In this document: one piece after another, positions 1 to 8,177 of the stretch | Position numbering within the stretch: position 1 is the stretch's first letter | Layout of the letters: each line of letters opens with the position of its first letter | Source of the DNA: a virus | Taxonomy: Duplodnaviria; Heunggongvirae; Uroviricota; Caudoviricetes | Virus record (IMG/VR): IMGVR_UViG_3300045988_117814 | Location: 1 to 29,440 of that record | Length of the DNA: 29,440 nucleotides | Reading direction: 5' to 3' (one strand) | Notes under the pieces: model-generated | Told to the model about the DNA's origin: nothing | Databases searched by the model: none | What the model saw: the letters and a program-made list of their open reading frames with translations, nothing else | Made by a program: the position numbers and the translations under genes

Positions 1-851
1 AGCAGTGGCGCGAAACATACGGACCTGGTAGCAACGTTGTACTGCCAGCAGAAGAAGCGGAAGAACTGGCACGAATTGCTCTGGCAGCGCTGGAAGCCGA
101 GCCGATAGGTTTCCGTTGCAGGCGCAATGATAACCTTGGTGATTGGAGTTACGTATATCATCGAGAGCCAGATGATTTTGAGCGCAAACATTTAGTGATA
201 GAGGGCATTTACGCCGCCCCTCCAGCACCAGTAGTACCGGAAGAAAAACCAATGCCTAATCCTCTTAGCATGTACGCGGTTGATGCTGTTGCCGCTATTG
301 CAGAGGTGAGAGGCTGGAACGCCTGCCGTGCCGCTATGCTTCAGTCCGGAAACTTTCGGGAAAACAAGAATTCGTCAACCAATAATTTTCGGGAAATCGC
401 GGAAACGTCAACCAACTATCCGGTAATTCCTAGTGAGGTGTTGTCCGCAATCCTGAAGGTTGCCAAGATTCGTGCCGATTTCGATGATTTTGACGGTGAC
501 AGGCGAGGTATCGGTGATTGTCTGGATGAGGCTGAGCAAGAGCTTATCGTTACCATTAACAAACATGCCAGTCAGTTGGCAGCAGGACCGATAGCGCCTA
601 ATGACGTTCGAGAGCAGACAGCCATTCCGCCAGTTCCGGTGACTCCGGATGGTTGGATAAGCTGTAGTGAGCGAATGCCGGAAGAAACGGGTGACATTAT
701 TGTTGTTTCTGATGGCATTGTAATGTCAGGGGTTTCTTATTCTCGTCGTGACGGGTTCTATATAGCCGCATTGGAGTACGACGACGATGAGCCAATTGGC
801 GGTGTAACCCACTGGATGCCTCTACCAGAACCGCCGCAGGAGGTGAAGTAA
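1..851 (+). CDS. 5'-clipped phage early-region protein with a DUF551-like C-terminal domain
   Basis: The reading frame (codons from nt 3) is open from the window edge to the stop at 849-851 with no in-frame ATG before nt 252; the ORF-track 'M' at 195 is a GTG with no SD. The C-terminus (DGWISCSERMPEE...GGVTHWMPLPEPP) matches the DUF551 pattern common in lambdoid prophages. Confidence 0.55.
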   Translation, partial: QWRETYGPGSNVVLPAEEAEELARIALAALEAEPIGFRCRRNDNLGDWSYVYHREPDDFERKHLVIEGIYAAPPAPVVPEEKPMPNPLSMYAVDAVAAIAEVRGWNACRAAMLQSGNFRENKNSSTNNFREIAETSTNYPVIPSEVLSAILKVAKIRADFDDFDGDRRGIGDCLDEAEQELIVTINKHASQLAAGPIAPNDVREQTAIPPVPVTPDGWISCSERMPEETGDIIVVSDGIVMSGVSYSRRDGFYIAALEYDDDEPIGGVTHWMPLPEPPQEVK

Positions 852-1135
852 TGGACTCCTTCGCGAAATATACGATAATTGACTGGATAGCCTTCCTTCA
901 GGTTTTGCTCATCTGGTTTTATATGGCTTACAGGAGTGGACAGTGGATTGTCAGTGTAGCCTGTAGCAAGGGATGGCGTTGGTGGAACCGAAAGAATAAA
1001 AAAGCGCTGGCATTGGATTCGTTTTACGAAGCATTCAATCTTAACAGTCTTCAGCCTGGTTCTGTCGTTGTAGTCACCACTCAAAGCGGCATGACGATAC
1101 AAATTCACAAGCCAAAGGAGGAAGGTCGTGGCTAA
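851..1135 (+). CDS. Hypothetical small protein with an N-terminal hydrophobic helix
   Basis: ATG at 851 preceded by AGGAGGTGAAG; hydrophobic segment IIDWIAFLQVLLIWFYMAY; sits in the operon with its neighbours. Confidence 0.5.
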   Translation: MDSFAKYTIIDWIAFLQVLLIWFYMAYRSGQWIVSVACSKGWRWWNRKNKKALALDSFYEAFNLNSLQPGSVVVVTTQSGMTIQIHKPKEEGRG

Positions 1136-1409
1136 CCTGCAACTTGCCGTCAAAGGTGAATACTTCGATGCCATGATTCGCGGAGAGAAAACGGAAGAGT
1201 ATCGCTTGTGTAATGACTACTGGAATAAGCGAATTATGTTCCGTAAGTATGACCGCCTGATTATCACAAAGGGATATCCGAAGCGCGACGACTTCAGTCG
1301 CAGAATTGACGTCCCGTATGACGGATATGAAATCAAGACAATCACACATCCGCACTTCGGCGATAAACAGGTAAAGGTTTACGCGATAAAGGTAAATATT
1401 GATGGCTAA
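1128..1409 (+). CDS. ASCH-like (PUA-fold) domain protein
   Basis: GTG start at 1128 behind a strong SD (AAGGAGGAAGGTC); motif YFDAMIRGEKTEEYR resembles the ASCH signature (F..I..G.KT...R, as in YqfB-type proteins). Confidence 0.55.
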   Translation: MANLQLAVKGEYFDAMIRGEKTEEYRLCNDYWNKRIMFRKYDRLIITKGYPKRDDFSRRIDVPYDGYEIKTITHPHFGDKQVKVYAIKVNIDG

Positions 1410-1740
1410 ATCAGCAGCAGAGCGCAAAGCCGCTCAGAGAGCCAGACAAGCTGCATCCGGTGTACGTAAGCTGGAGATTGTGCTGGATGCTCAGGAAATT
1501 GAAATGCTGGAGCGTAGCTGTGCCATGCGTCGCCCCGGGCGTGCACCTTACGAATTTGGTGAGTATATAGCGTTACTGATCCGCCAGGATGATGCACGCG
1601 TGCACGGGCGTATAAAATCGATCAGCAGAAAACGTTGCGGTAAGTGCGGCGAGAGAGTTCCTGTGAATTCATGCCCGTGTAATGGTGACTCGCAATGCTG
1701 GGTGACTAAAGGCTGGCATGAAACGAAATTAATAGTGTGA
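1402..1740 (+). CDS. Putative DNA-binding regulator with a C-terminal Cys-rich zinc ribbon
   Basis: First ATG at 1402 (the ORF-track start at 1399 is TTG); overlaps the previous stop. Basic N-terminus and a C-x2-C...C-x-C cluster (RKRCGKCGERVPVNSCPCNGDSQCW). Confidence 0.5.
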   Translation: MAKSAAERKAAQRARQAASGVRKLEIVLDAQEIEMLERSCAMRRPGRAPYEFGEYIALLIRQDDARVHGRIKSISRKRCGKCGERVPVNSCPCNGDSQCWVTKGWHETKLIV

Positions 1741-1757
1741 CATGTCACGAAGGTGTT

Positions 1758-1970
1758 ATGCCAAAAATACGCTACGACCTTGAAGATATGAGAGATAACT
1801 CAGCAAATTTTCCGAAAGAGGTTGAATTTCTCATGCATAAGTATGGTTGCGCCAGGAGGGATATAGTTATCGACAGTCAGCACCCTTGCGGCGAGGATGT
1901 AATTTTCATTCGCGGTAAATGGGAAGGGTATCTTGACGAGAGTTTTTACGATGAATTTGATGGACTTTGA
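1758..1970 (+). CDS. Hypothetical protein
   Basis: First in-frame ATG at 1758 with GAAGGTG upstream (the ORF-track start at 1737 is GTG); no recognisable motif. Confidence 0.4.
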   Translation: MPKIRYDLEDMRDNSANFPKEVEFLMHKYGCARRDIVIDSQHPCGEDVIFIRGKWEGYLDESFYDEFDGL

Positions 1971-2044
1971 ATACTGCCGCCAACTATGGCGGCTTTATTT
2001 TGCATGGTACTATTACCACAACGGTAACTATTACCACGGTGGTT

Positions 2045-2641
2045 ATGATGCCTGCTGAACCTAAAACCTATAAACGCAAATCAACGCAATTTAAGCCGCT
2101 CACAGCAATGCAGGAGGCTTATTGCCAGTCATACATCAAAACGCCTGAAAACCAGACTCAGGCAGCGATTAACGCAGGATTCTCCCCAAATACAGCGGCA
2201 GTTAAAGCCAGTGTCATGATGCGCGATGAACGCATTCAAAAACGGATTGCTGAGTTGATGGAGGAGCGCAACAAACGAATGCGCGTCAGTGCTGATTACG
2301 TTCTCATGCGCCTGGTGGAGATCGACCAGATGGACGTGCTCGACATCCTCAACGACGATGGGAGCCTTAAGCCAATACGCGAGTGGCCGAAAATCTGGCG
2401 CACTACGCTTAGCGGCTTTGATCTGTCATCGACCATCATGAACATGAACGAGGATTCGATAGAGACAATCCTCAAAAAAATTAAATGGCCTGACAAGGTG
2501 AAGAACCTTGAGCTGATTGGTAAGCATGTTGATGTCAACGCGTTCAAAGAACGTCTGGATGTTAATGTGAATGTGACAATTGCTGATCGCATAGCAGCAG
2601 CCAGGAAGCGACTCAAAGAACGTCAGGATGGTAATCAGTGA
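2045..2641 (+). CDS. Terminase small subunit
   Basis: Sits immediately upstream of and overlapping the large terminase gene; helix-rich, basic N-terminal region. The ORF-track start at 1967 is TTG and translates an implausible TTTVTITTV stretch; the first ATGs are at 2045/2048. Confidence 0.7.
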   Translation: MMPAEPKTYKRKSTQFKPLTAMQEAYCQSYIKTPENQTQAAINAGFSPNTAAVKASVMMRDERIQKRIAELMEERNKRMRVSADYVLMRLVEIDQMDVLDILNDDGSLKPIREWPKIWRTTLSGFDLSSTIMNMNEDSIETILKKIKWPDKVKNLELIGKHVDVNAFKERLDVNVNVTIADRIAAARKRLKERQDGNQ

Positions 2642-4113
2642 CAGATGCATCGTTATCTCCTGAAGAGCAGTTAATCGAAGATATTGCAGGGTTCACTCAC
2701 GATCCTCTTGGCTATGCCCTCTATGCGTTCCCTTGGGGGGAAGAGGGGACTGAACTGGCACATGCTATCGGTCCACGTCAGTGGCAGGCCGATGCGTTCC
2801 GAGAGATACGTGATCACCTGCAGAATCCAGAGACGCGTTATCAGCCGCTTATGCTGGCACGTGCTTCTGGTCACGGTATTGGTAAATCCGCATTCATCTC
2901 AATGCTCATCAACTGGGGCATGTCCACTTGCGAGGATTGTAAGGTCGTGGTGACCGCCAACACCGACAACCAGCTACGAACGAAGACCTGGCCGGAAATT
3001 ATCAAGTGGTCGAACCTTGCTATCACGAAAGACTGGTTTACCTGTACCGCTACCGCGATGTACAGCAATGACCCTGGGCACGACAAGCGGTGGCGGGCTG
3101 ACGCAATACCCTGGTCTGAGCACAACACTGAGGCATTCGCCGGACTACACAACGAGCGCAAACGCATCATCGTGGTATTCGATGAAGCGTCGAACATTGC
3201 GGATCTGGTGTGGGAAGTTGCTGAGGGTGCGCTTACGGACGAAGACACTGAGATTATCTGGGTGGCGTTCGGAAACCCTACACGTAACACCGGGCGTTTT
3301 CGCGAATGTTTCCGCAAATATAAACACCGCTGGAAAACTGCGCAGATTGACAGCCGGACGGTGGAAGGTACTAACAAACAGCAGTTGCAGAAATGGGTTG
3401 ATGACTACGGGGAAGACAGCGACTTCGTTAAAATCCGTGTGCGCGGCATATTCCCGGATGCATCTGAATTGCAGTTTATCCCTACCGGCCTTACTGACGA
3501 GGCAATGAAACGGGTGGTAACCGCTGCGCAGGTTGCACATGCTCCGGTGATAATCGGCGTTGACCCGGCATACTCCGGCGTTGATGACGCTGTGATATAC
3601 CTGCGGCAGGGGCTGCACAGTAAGGTGCTATGGACTGGTAACAAGACCACCGACGATCTGATTATGGCGAAGCGTATCGCTGACTTTGAAGACCAGTATC
3701 AGGCTGACGCGGTGTTCATCGACTTCGGTTATGGAACCGGTTTGAAGTCAATCGGTGATGGCTGGGGACGTACATGGCAACTTGTTCCGTTCGGCGGTGC
3801 GTCCACTGACCCGCAGATGCTTAACAAGCGTGGGGAGATGTTCAACTCATGTAAGACATGGCTGAGGCTGGGCGGCATGCTGGATGACCAGGAAACTGCA
3901 GACGACCTGTCGGCGGCAGAGTACAAAGTTCGTGTGGACGGTAAAATCGTTATCGAACCGAAGGAAGATATCAAAGAGCGTCTTGGGCGTTCTCCTGGTA
4001 AAGGCGATGCGCTACTGCTGACGTTTGCTTTCCCGGTCTCGAAACGCATAAATATACCAGGACAGCAAAGCCAGCAGGGAAGGGCCATAACGGATTATGA
4101 CCCTTATGCTTAA
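2638..4113 (+). CDS. Terminase large subunit
   Basis: 491 aa; Walker-A-like GHGIGKS; typical size and position upstream of the portal; GTG start overlapping the terS stop (GTGA). Confidence 0.85.
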   Translation: MTDASLSPEEQLIEDIAGFTHDPLGYALYAFPWGEEGTELAHAIGPRQWQADAFREIRDHLQNPETRYQPLMLARASGHGIGKSAFISMLINWGMSTCEDCKVVVTANTDNQLRTKTWPEIIKWSNLAITKDWFTCTATAMYSNDPGHDKRWRADAIPWSEHNTEAFAGLHNERKRIIVVFDEASNIADLVWEVAEGALTDEDTEIIWVAFGNPTRNTGRFRECFRKYKHRWKTAQIDSRTVEGTNKQQLQKWVDDYGEDSDFVKIRVRGIFPDASELQFIPTGLTDEAMKRVVTAAQVAHAPVIIGVDPAYSGVDDAVIYLRQGLHSKVLWTGNKTTDDLIMAKRIADFEDQYQADAVFIDFGYGTGLKSIGDGWGRTWQLVPFGGASTDPQMLNKRGEMFNSCKTWLRLGGMLDDQETADDLSAAEYKVRVDGKIVIEPKEDIKERLGRSPGKGDALLLTFAFPVSKRINIPGQQSQQGRAITDYDPYA

Positions 4114-4152
4114 TCCGCTGGTGGGGATAATGTCGTTGATATCTTCTGGTGA

Positions 4153-4183
4153 GGATAAAACAAAGCCAGCTCATAGGCTGGCT
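4153..4183 (-). terminator. Rho-independent terminator for the minus-strand moron transcript
   Basis: Hairpin AGCCAGC-tcatag-GCTGGCT (4164-4183); read on the - strand it is followed by TTGTTTTATCC, directly downstream of the stop at 4204-4206. Confidence 0.6.
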
Positions 4184-4203
4184 GTTTGTGACATGCCACG
4201 GTG

Positions 4204-4575
4204 TTATTGCTCGCTTAACTTCTGCTTCAGCAAGTAACCTTCGAGCATCCAGATTTTGTTTACAGCATTCTGCCGGGCAATCTTCCGACCAATTTCTGCA
4301 TCAAAATTTTCCGGACTTGCACAGGAACTCTCTCCGGTGACGGTGAAGCCGTTGCGCAGCACCAGGACGCAGAACGTCAGCAGAGAAAGTGATTCGTGCG
4401 GCTGGTAGTTTACCTCTCCGCCAGTATGTTTCGCTTTTATGGCTTTGCCAAAGGCACCATCTTCTGCTGTGAAATATGCCTCCTGAGCAATAATGCCTTC
4501 GATATGGTCTGGCGTAACGCGCGGTGCCGTTTTGCCTTTCTCAACGATTTCTTTTTCGATTTGCTGGTCGTTCAT
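4204..4575 (-). CDS. Hypothetical moron protein of unknown function, 123 aa
   Basis: ATG at 4575 with SD (AAGGTGAGATT-ATG on the - strand); opposite orientation to the surrounding late genes; own terminator; shares its strand with the upstream tRNA. Confidence 0.7.
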   Translation of the reverse strand: MNDQQIEKEIVEKGKTAPRVTPDHIEGIIAQEAYFTAEDGAFGKAIKAKHTGGEVNYQPHESLSLLTFCVLVLRNGFTVTGESSCASPENFDAEIGRKIARQNAVNKIWMLEGYLLKQKLSEQ

Positions 4576-4773
4576 AATCTCACCTTAAAAAAATGCCCTG
4601 CGAACCGGGCGAACTGGAAGCAATGAGTTATGCCTTCCGTGGCTGTACTGATTTACAGCATGAAGTCATCGCAATGGCGTCCTGCTGTAAAAAGAGCGGT
4701 GATAGTCCTTCAAGGGAAACCATCACCGCCAAGCCCCTGGAACTTCTGGCATCACGGTCCTTAGGCGTGATTC

Positions 4774-4850
4774 TGGCGTGGTATGCAGGATTCGAACCTG
4801 CGACCAACCGCTTAGAAGGCGGTTGCTCTGTCCAACTGAGCTAATACCAC
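4774..4850 (-). tRNA. tRNA-Arg (anticodon TCT / UCU, reads AGA)
   Basis: Reverse complement folds by hand into a canonical cloverleaf: 7-bp acceptor stem GTGGTAT/ATACCAC, D-arm GCTC/GAGC, anticodon stem ACCGC/GCGGT with loop CTTCTAA, T-arm GCAGG-TTCGAAT-CCTGC, discriminator G and encoded CCA. Confidence 0.9.
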
Positions 4851-5277
4851 AACGCTGAGAGCACTTAGCCTGTTAAGGCGCCACACTTTGTCGCGGCTCC
4901 ATAAATGCTCTCATCGTTGTACCCTCGTCTCTTCCGAGGCGTCACACCGAATCGCCGGGATGGTGAATCCCCGTGCGCGGAATAAAACCGCTCGACTTGC
5001 ACATTCCGGCTACCTGGTTCGTTTGCTCGAGCAAGGGAGGGTGCCCCTTAAACGTATCCAGACCGCTATCGGCGCATGTGCCATACGCCGTACTGCTCAA
5101 AATAAAAGCTCACTCCACCTGTTCAATTTAACGACAAGCCAGTCAGGTTAATAACCGGAATGAACTCTTTGCTTACCTGAAAGGTAATAATTCGTGCGTT
5201 AAATGTCAACTATCTACGATAAATAAATCATATGTGGTTAAATTGGTAATAATTTAATTGCGTACGGAGTCATTGAT

Positions 5278-5484
5278 ATGTGCATGGGTAGCTCACCATC
5301 AGTGCCTGCAACACCAGAAGTTCAGGCAGCACCACAGGAGCAGGATGCCGCCGTTGTTGATGCCCGCGACGAAGAAACACGTCGCCGTCGCGCTGCTGCT
5401 GGTCGTAGTTCTACGCTGCTTACCGGTTCTCAGGGCGACACATCAACCGCTAATACCAGCGGTAAAACGCTGCTTGGTCAGTAA
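5278..5484 (+). CDS. Small virion-associated protein, T7 gp6.7-like
   Basis: ATG with SD GGAGT; N-terminus MC..., Ser/Thr/Ala-rich with a basic centre, placed immediately before the portal as gp6.7 is in T7-like phages. Confidence 0.5.
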   Translation: MCMGSSPSVPATPEVQAAPQEQDAAVVDARDEETRRRRAAAGRSSTLLTGSQGDTSTANTSGKTLLGQ

Positions 5485-5498
5485 CCGGAGTCATTGAA

Positions 5499-7178
5499 AT
5501 GGCGGAAACAACTAAAGAGCGATTGAACAAACAGTTCGCACAACTTGAAAGCGAGCGTCAGTCGTTCGAGCCGCACTGGCGCGAGTTGAGTGATTACATC
5601 AACCCGCGTGGTTCCCGCTTTCTGACTTCTGAGGTCAACCGTAACGATCGACGCAATACACGCATTATTGATTCGACCGGGACTATGGCGGCGCGCACTC
5701 TCGCCAGCGGCATGATGTCAGGCATCACAAGCCCCGCGCGTCCGTGGTTTCGCCTGGCTACGCCAGATCCTGAAATGATGGATTATGGCCCTGTTAAGTT
5801 GTGGCTTGAGGCGGTGCAGAACCGCATGAACGATATGTTCAATAAGTCGAATCTCTATCAGTCGCTGCCGCAGTTATACGGAAGCCTCGGCACATACAGC
5901 ACCGGTGCAATGGCGGTACTGGAGGATGACGAGGACATCATTCGCACAATGTCATTCCCGATAGGCAGTTACTACCTGGCTAACTCACCTCGTGGCAGTG
6001 TGGACACCTGTTTTCGCAAGTTCTCTATGACTGTTCGTCAGCTTGTTCAGGAGTTCGGGCTAAATAACGTCAGCGAATCCGTAAAAAGCATGTGGGAAAG
6101 CGGCACCTACGAGAAGTGGATTGAAGTGATGCATTCGGTTTACCCGAATATTGACCGCGACACATCGAAGCTGGATAGCAAGAACAAGCCATTCAAATCG
6201 GTTTATTACGAGGTTGGTGGCGATAACGACAAGTTGTTGCGTGAGTCCGGATTCGATGAGTTTCCAATTATGGCTCCGCGCTGGGAAGTTAACGGCGAAG
6301 ATGTTTATGGATCATCATGCCCGGGTATGCTGGCGCTTGGACCTGTTAAGGCATTGCAGCTTCTCCAGAAGCGCAAGTCGCAGTTGATTGATAAAGCCAC
6401 CAATCCGCCGATGGTTGCTCCGACTTCCCTCAAGAATCAGCGCGCCTCCCTTCTTCCTGGCGACATCACGTATATCGATCAGATTACTGGTCAGGATGGC
6501 TTCAGGCCTGCTTATCTGATTAACCCCAGTACAGCAGATTTGGTGGAAGACATTCAGGACACTCGTCAAATCATTAACAGCGCCTACTTTGTCGATCTGT
6601 TCATGATGTTGCAGAACATCAATACCCGCTCGATGCCTGTTGAAGCGGTGATCGAAATGAAAGAAGAAAAACTTCTGATGTTGGGGCCGGTTCTGGAGCG
6701 TCTGAACGACGAATGTCTTAATCCTCTCATTGACCGCGCTTTCTCGATGATGGTGCGTAAAAACATGCTGCCGCCACCGCCTGACGCGATGGAAGGCATG
6801 CCCCTGAAGGTCGAATACATTTCCGTCATGGCTCAGGCGCAGAAGTCTATCGGCCTGTCCAGTCTGGCGTCCACGGTTAACTTCATTGGTCAACTTGCGC
6901 AAGCGAAACCAGAAGCTCTCGACAAACTCAACGTTGATCAGGCGATCGATGCATTCGCTGATATGTCCGGAGTGTCTCCAACCGTCATTGTTCCGCAGGA
7001 ACAGGTTGAGCAGGCTCGCCAGCAACGGGCACAGCAACAACAGCAGCAACAAATGATGGCGATGGGGATGGCGGCGGCACAGGGGGCCAAGACGCTAAGC
7101 GAAGCTAAAACTTCGGATCCGAGTGTGTTGTCAGCTATGGCGAATGCAGTTAGTGGTCAGGGTGGGCTATCACAATGA
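5499..7178 (+). CDS. Portal (head-to-tail connector) protein, T7 gp8 family
   Basis: 559 aa; the C-terminal Q/A/M-rich tail (QQQQQQMMAMGMAAAQGA...) resembles the T7 gp8 C-terminus as I remember it; lies upstream of scaffold and capsid genes. Confidence 0.85.
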   Translation: MAETTKERLNKQFAQLESERQSFEPHWRELSDYINPRGSRFLTSEVNRNDRRNTRIIDSTGTMAARTLASGMMSGITSPARPWFRLATPDPEMMDYGPVKLWLEAVQNRMNDMFNKSNLYQSLPQLYGSLGTYSTGAMAVLEDDEDIIRTMSFPIGSYYLANSPRGSVDTCFRKFSMTVRQLVQEFGLNNVSESVKSMWESGTYEKWIEVMHSVYPNIDRDTSKLDSKNKPFKSVYYEVGGDNDKLLRESGFDEFPIMAPRWEVNGEDVYGSSCPGMLALGPVKALQLLQKRKSQLIDKATNPPMVAPTSLKNQRASLLPGDITYIDQITGQDGFRPAYLINPSTADLVEDIQDTRQIINSAYFVDLFMMLQNINTRSMPVEAVIEMKEEKLLMLGPVLERLNDECLNPLIDRAFSMMVRKNMLPPPPDAMEGMPLKVEYISVMAQAQKSIGLSSLASTVNFIGQLAQAKPEALDKLNVDQAIDAFADMSGVSPTVIVPQEQVEQARQQRAQQQQQQQMMAMGMAAAQGAKTLSEAKTSDPSVLSAMANAVSGQGGLSQ

Positions 7179-7471
7179 CAGATTATGAAGACGATCAACT
7201 GAAAGAAGAAAACGCCCGTAAGCAACGTGACATGGCACAGCGTGAAATTGATGACATTCGCTTTGTCATGAGCAGTGAACAGGGGCGTCGCGTTGTCTGG
7301 TCTGTGCTGGAGAAAGGCCGTGTGTTTTCCGCTATCTCACCAATGGACGCTATGGCAATGGCATTTAATGAGGGGCAACGCAATCAGGCGCTGGAACTGT
7401 TTCAGCGCGTTATGGCGCATTGCCCTGAACAGTATTTGAAGATGGCCAAAGAGGCCAGTGAACAGGAGTGA
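7175..7471 (+). CDS. Hypothetical protein between portal and scaffold
   Basis: ATG overlapping the portal stop (ATGA); 98 aa, acidic and helical. Confidence 0.55.
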   Translation: MTDYEDDQLKEENARKQRDMAQREIDDIRFVMSSEQGRRVVWSVLEKGRVFSAISPMDAMAMAFNEGQRNQALELFQRVMAHCPEQYLKMAKEASEQE

Positions 7472-7473
7472 TC

Positions 7474-8169
7474 ATGAATTTATTTGAGCGTTTGCTGTAT
7501 CGCCGTCTTTGCAATGAGCAACCAGTCGATGGTGGAGCAGCTCCGGCTGCGTCAGAGCCGTCAGCGCCTGCAGGTGATAACCCTGCTCCAGTTGGTGATC
7601 CATCACAACAGGAAGGTGATAAGACACAACCTGTTGCTGATGGCGATAAACCTGCTGATGACAAAAAGCCTGAAAGCGATAAGCAGGGTGAAAAAAAGGA
7701 CGGCGATAAACCGGAGGGTGCGCCGGAGAAGTACGAGTTTCAGGCTGCCGAAGGCGTAGAGCTGGATACAGAAGCGTTGAAGGAATTCGAGCCGGTGGCG
7801 CGAGAACTTAACCTGACCAACGAGCAAGCGCAAAAGCTGGTTGATGCTTATCCGAAGATTCTGGCAGGTGTGCAGCAGCGTCAGGCAGAAGCCTGGCAGA
7901 AAACGACCGAGCAGTGGGCTGCTGATGTAAAAGCTGACAAAGAAATCGGTGGCGACAAGTTGATTTCTAACCTTAGCGCCGCACAGCGTGCGCTTGACCA
8001 GTTCGGGACACCCGAGCTCAAAGAATATCTGAACACCACCGGACTGGGTAATCACCCTGATCTGGTCAAAACGTTCGTGAAAATCGGAAAGGCGATGTCT
8101 GAAGATGGCATGGTCACCGGTGGTAATGAAGGCCAGCGTAGTGCGGCCGAAGTGCTCTATGGCAAATAA
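7474..8169 (+). CDS. Scaffolding protein
   Basis: Acidic, Pro/Ala/Asp/Lys-rich low-complexity N-terminal half and helical C-terminal half; immediately precedes the major capsid gene. ATG at 7474 sits behind AGGAG; 7468 is an alternative GTG start. Confidence 0.7.
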   Translation: MNLFERLLYRRLCNEQPVDGGAAPAASEPSAPAGDNPAPVGDPSQQEGDKTQPVADGDKPADDKKPESDKQGEKKDGDKPEGAPEKYEFQAAEGVELDTEALKEFEPVARELNLTNEQAQKLVDAYPKILAGVQQRQAEAWQKTTEQWAADVKADKEIGGDKLISNLSAAQRALDQFGTPELKEYLNTTGLGNHPDLVKTFVKIGKAMSEDGMVTGGNEGQRSAAEVLYGK

Positions 8170-8177
8170 GAGAGGAA

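Noticed and set aside
1967-2044. N-terminal extension of the terS ORF translating to ...HGTITTTVTITTVV...
   Set aside because: It begins at a TTG, has no SD, and the odd peptide is just the translation of the tandem ACTATTACCAC repeats; the real start is the ATG at 2045/2048.
4593-4844. 83-aa plus-strand ORF overlapping the tRNA region
   Set aside because: It overlaps the antisense strand of a well-folded tRNA-Arg and has no SD; spurious.
4888-5151. 87-aa plus-strand ORF in the long intergenic region
   Set aside because: No ribosome-binding site, Arg/Ser/Cys-rich atypical composition, and it lies in the likely leader of the minus-strand moron; kept only as part of the non-coding-region finding.
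4851-5277. A possible second tRNA or tRNA pseudogene next to tRNA-Arg
   Set aside because: I found no further T-loop motif (GGTTCGAAT or its reverse complement) or acceptor/anticodon arrangement in the flanking 400 bp.
6315-7052. 245-aa ORF on the minus strand inside the portal gene (and similar antisense ORFs at 2871-3377, 7603-8184, 10723-11427, 11728-12117, 14518-15135, 19807-20268, 23162-23527)
   Set aside because: Each lies wholly antisense to a long, well-supported coding frame, lacks a ribosome-binding site and has skewed composition; they are shadow ORFs.
7020-7060. CAG/CAA-rich run (poly-Q) near the portal 3' end
   Set aside because: It is in-frame low-complexity coding sequence matching the Q/A/M-rich C-terminal tail typical of T7-type portals, not a mobile or regulatory repeat.
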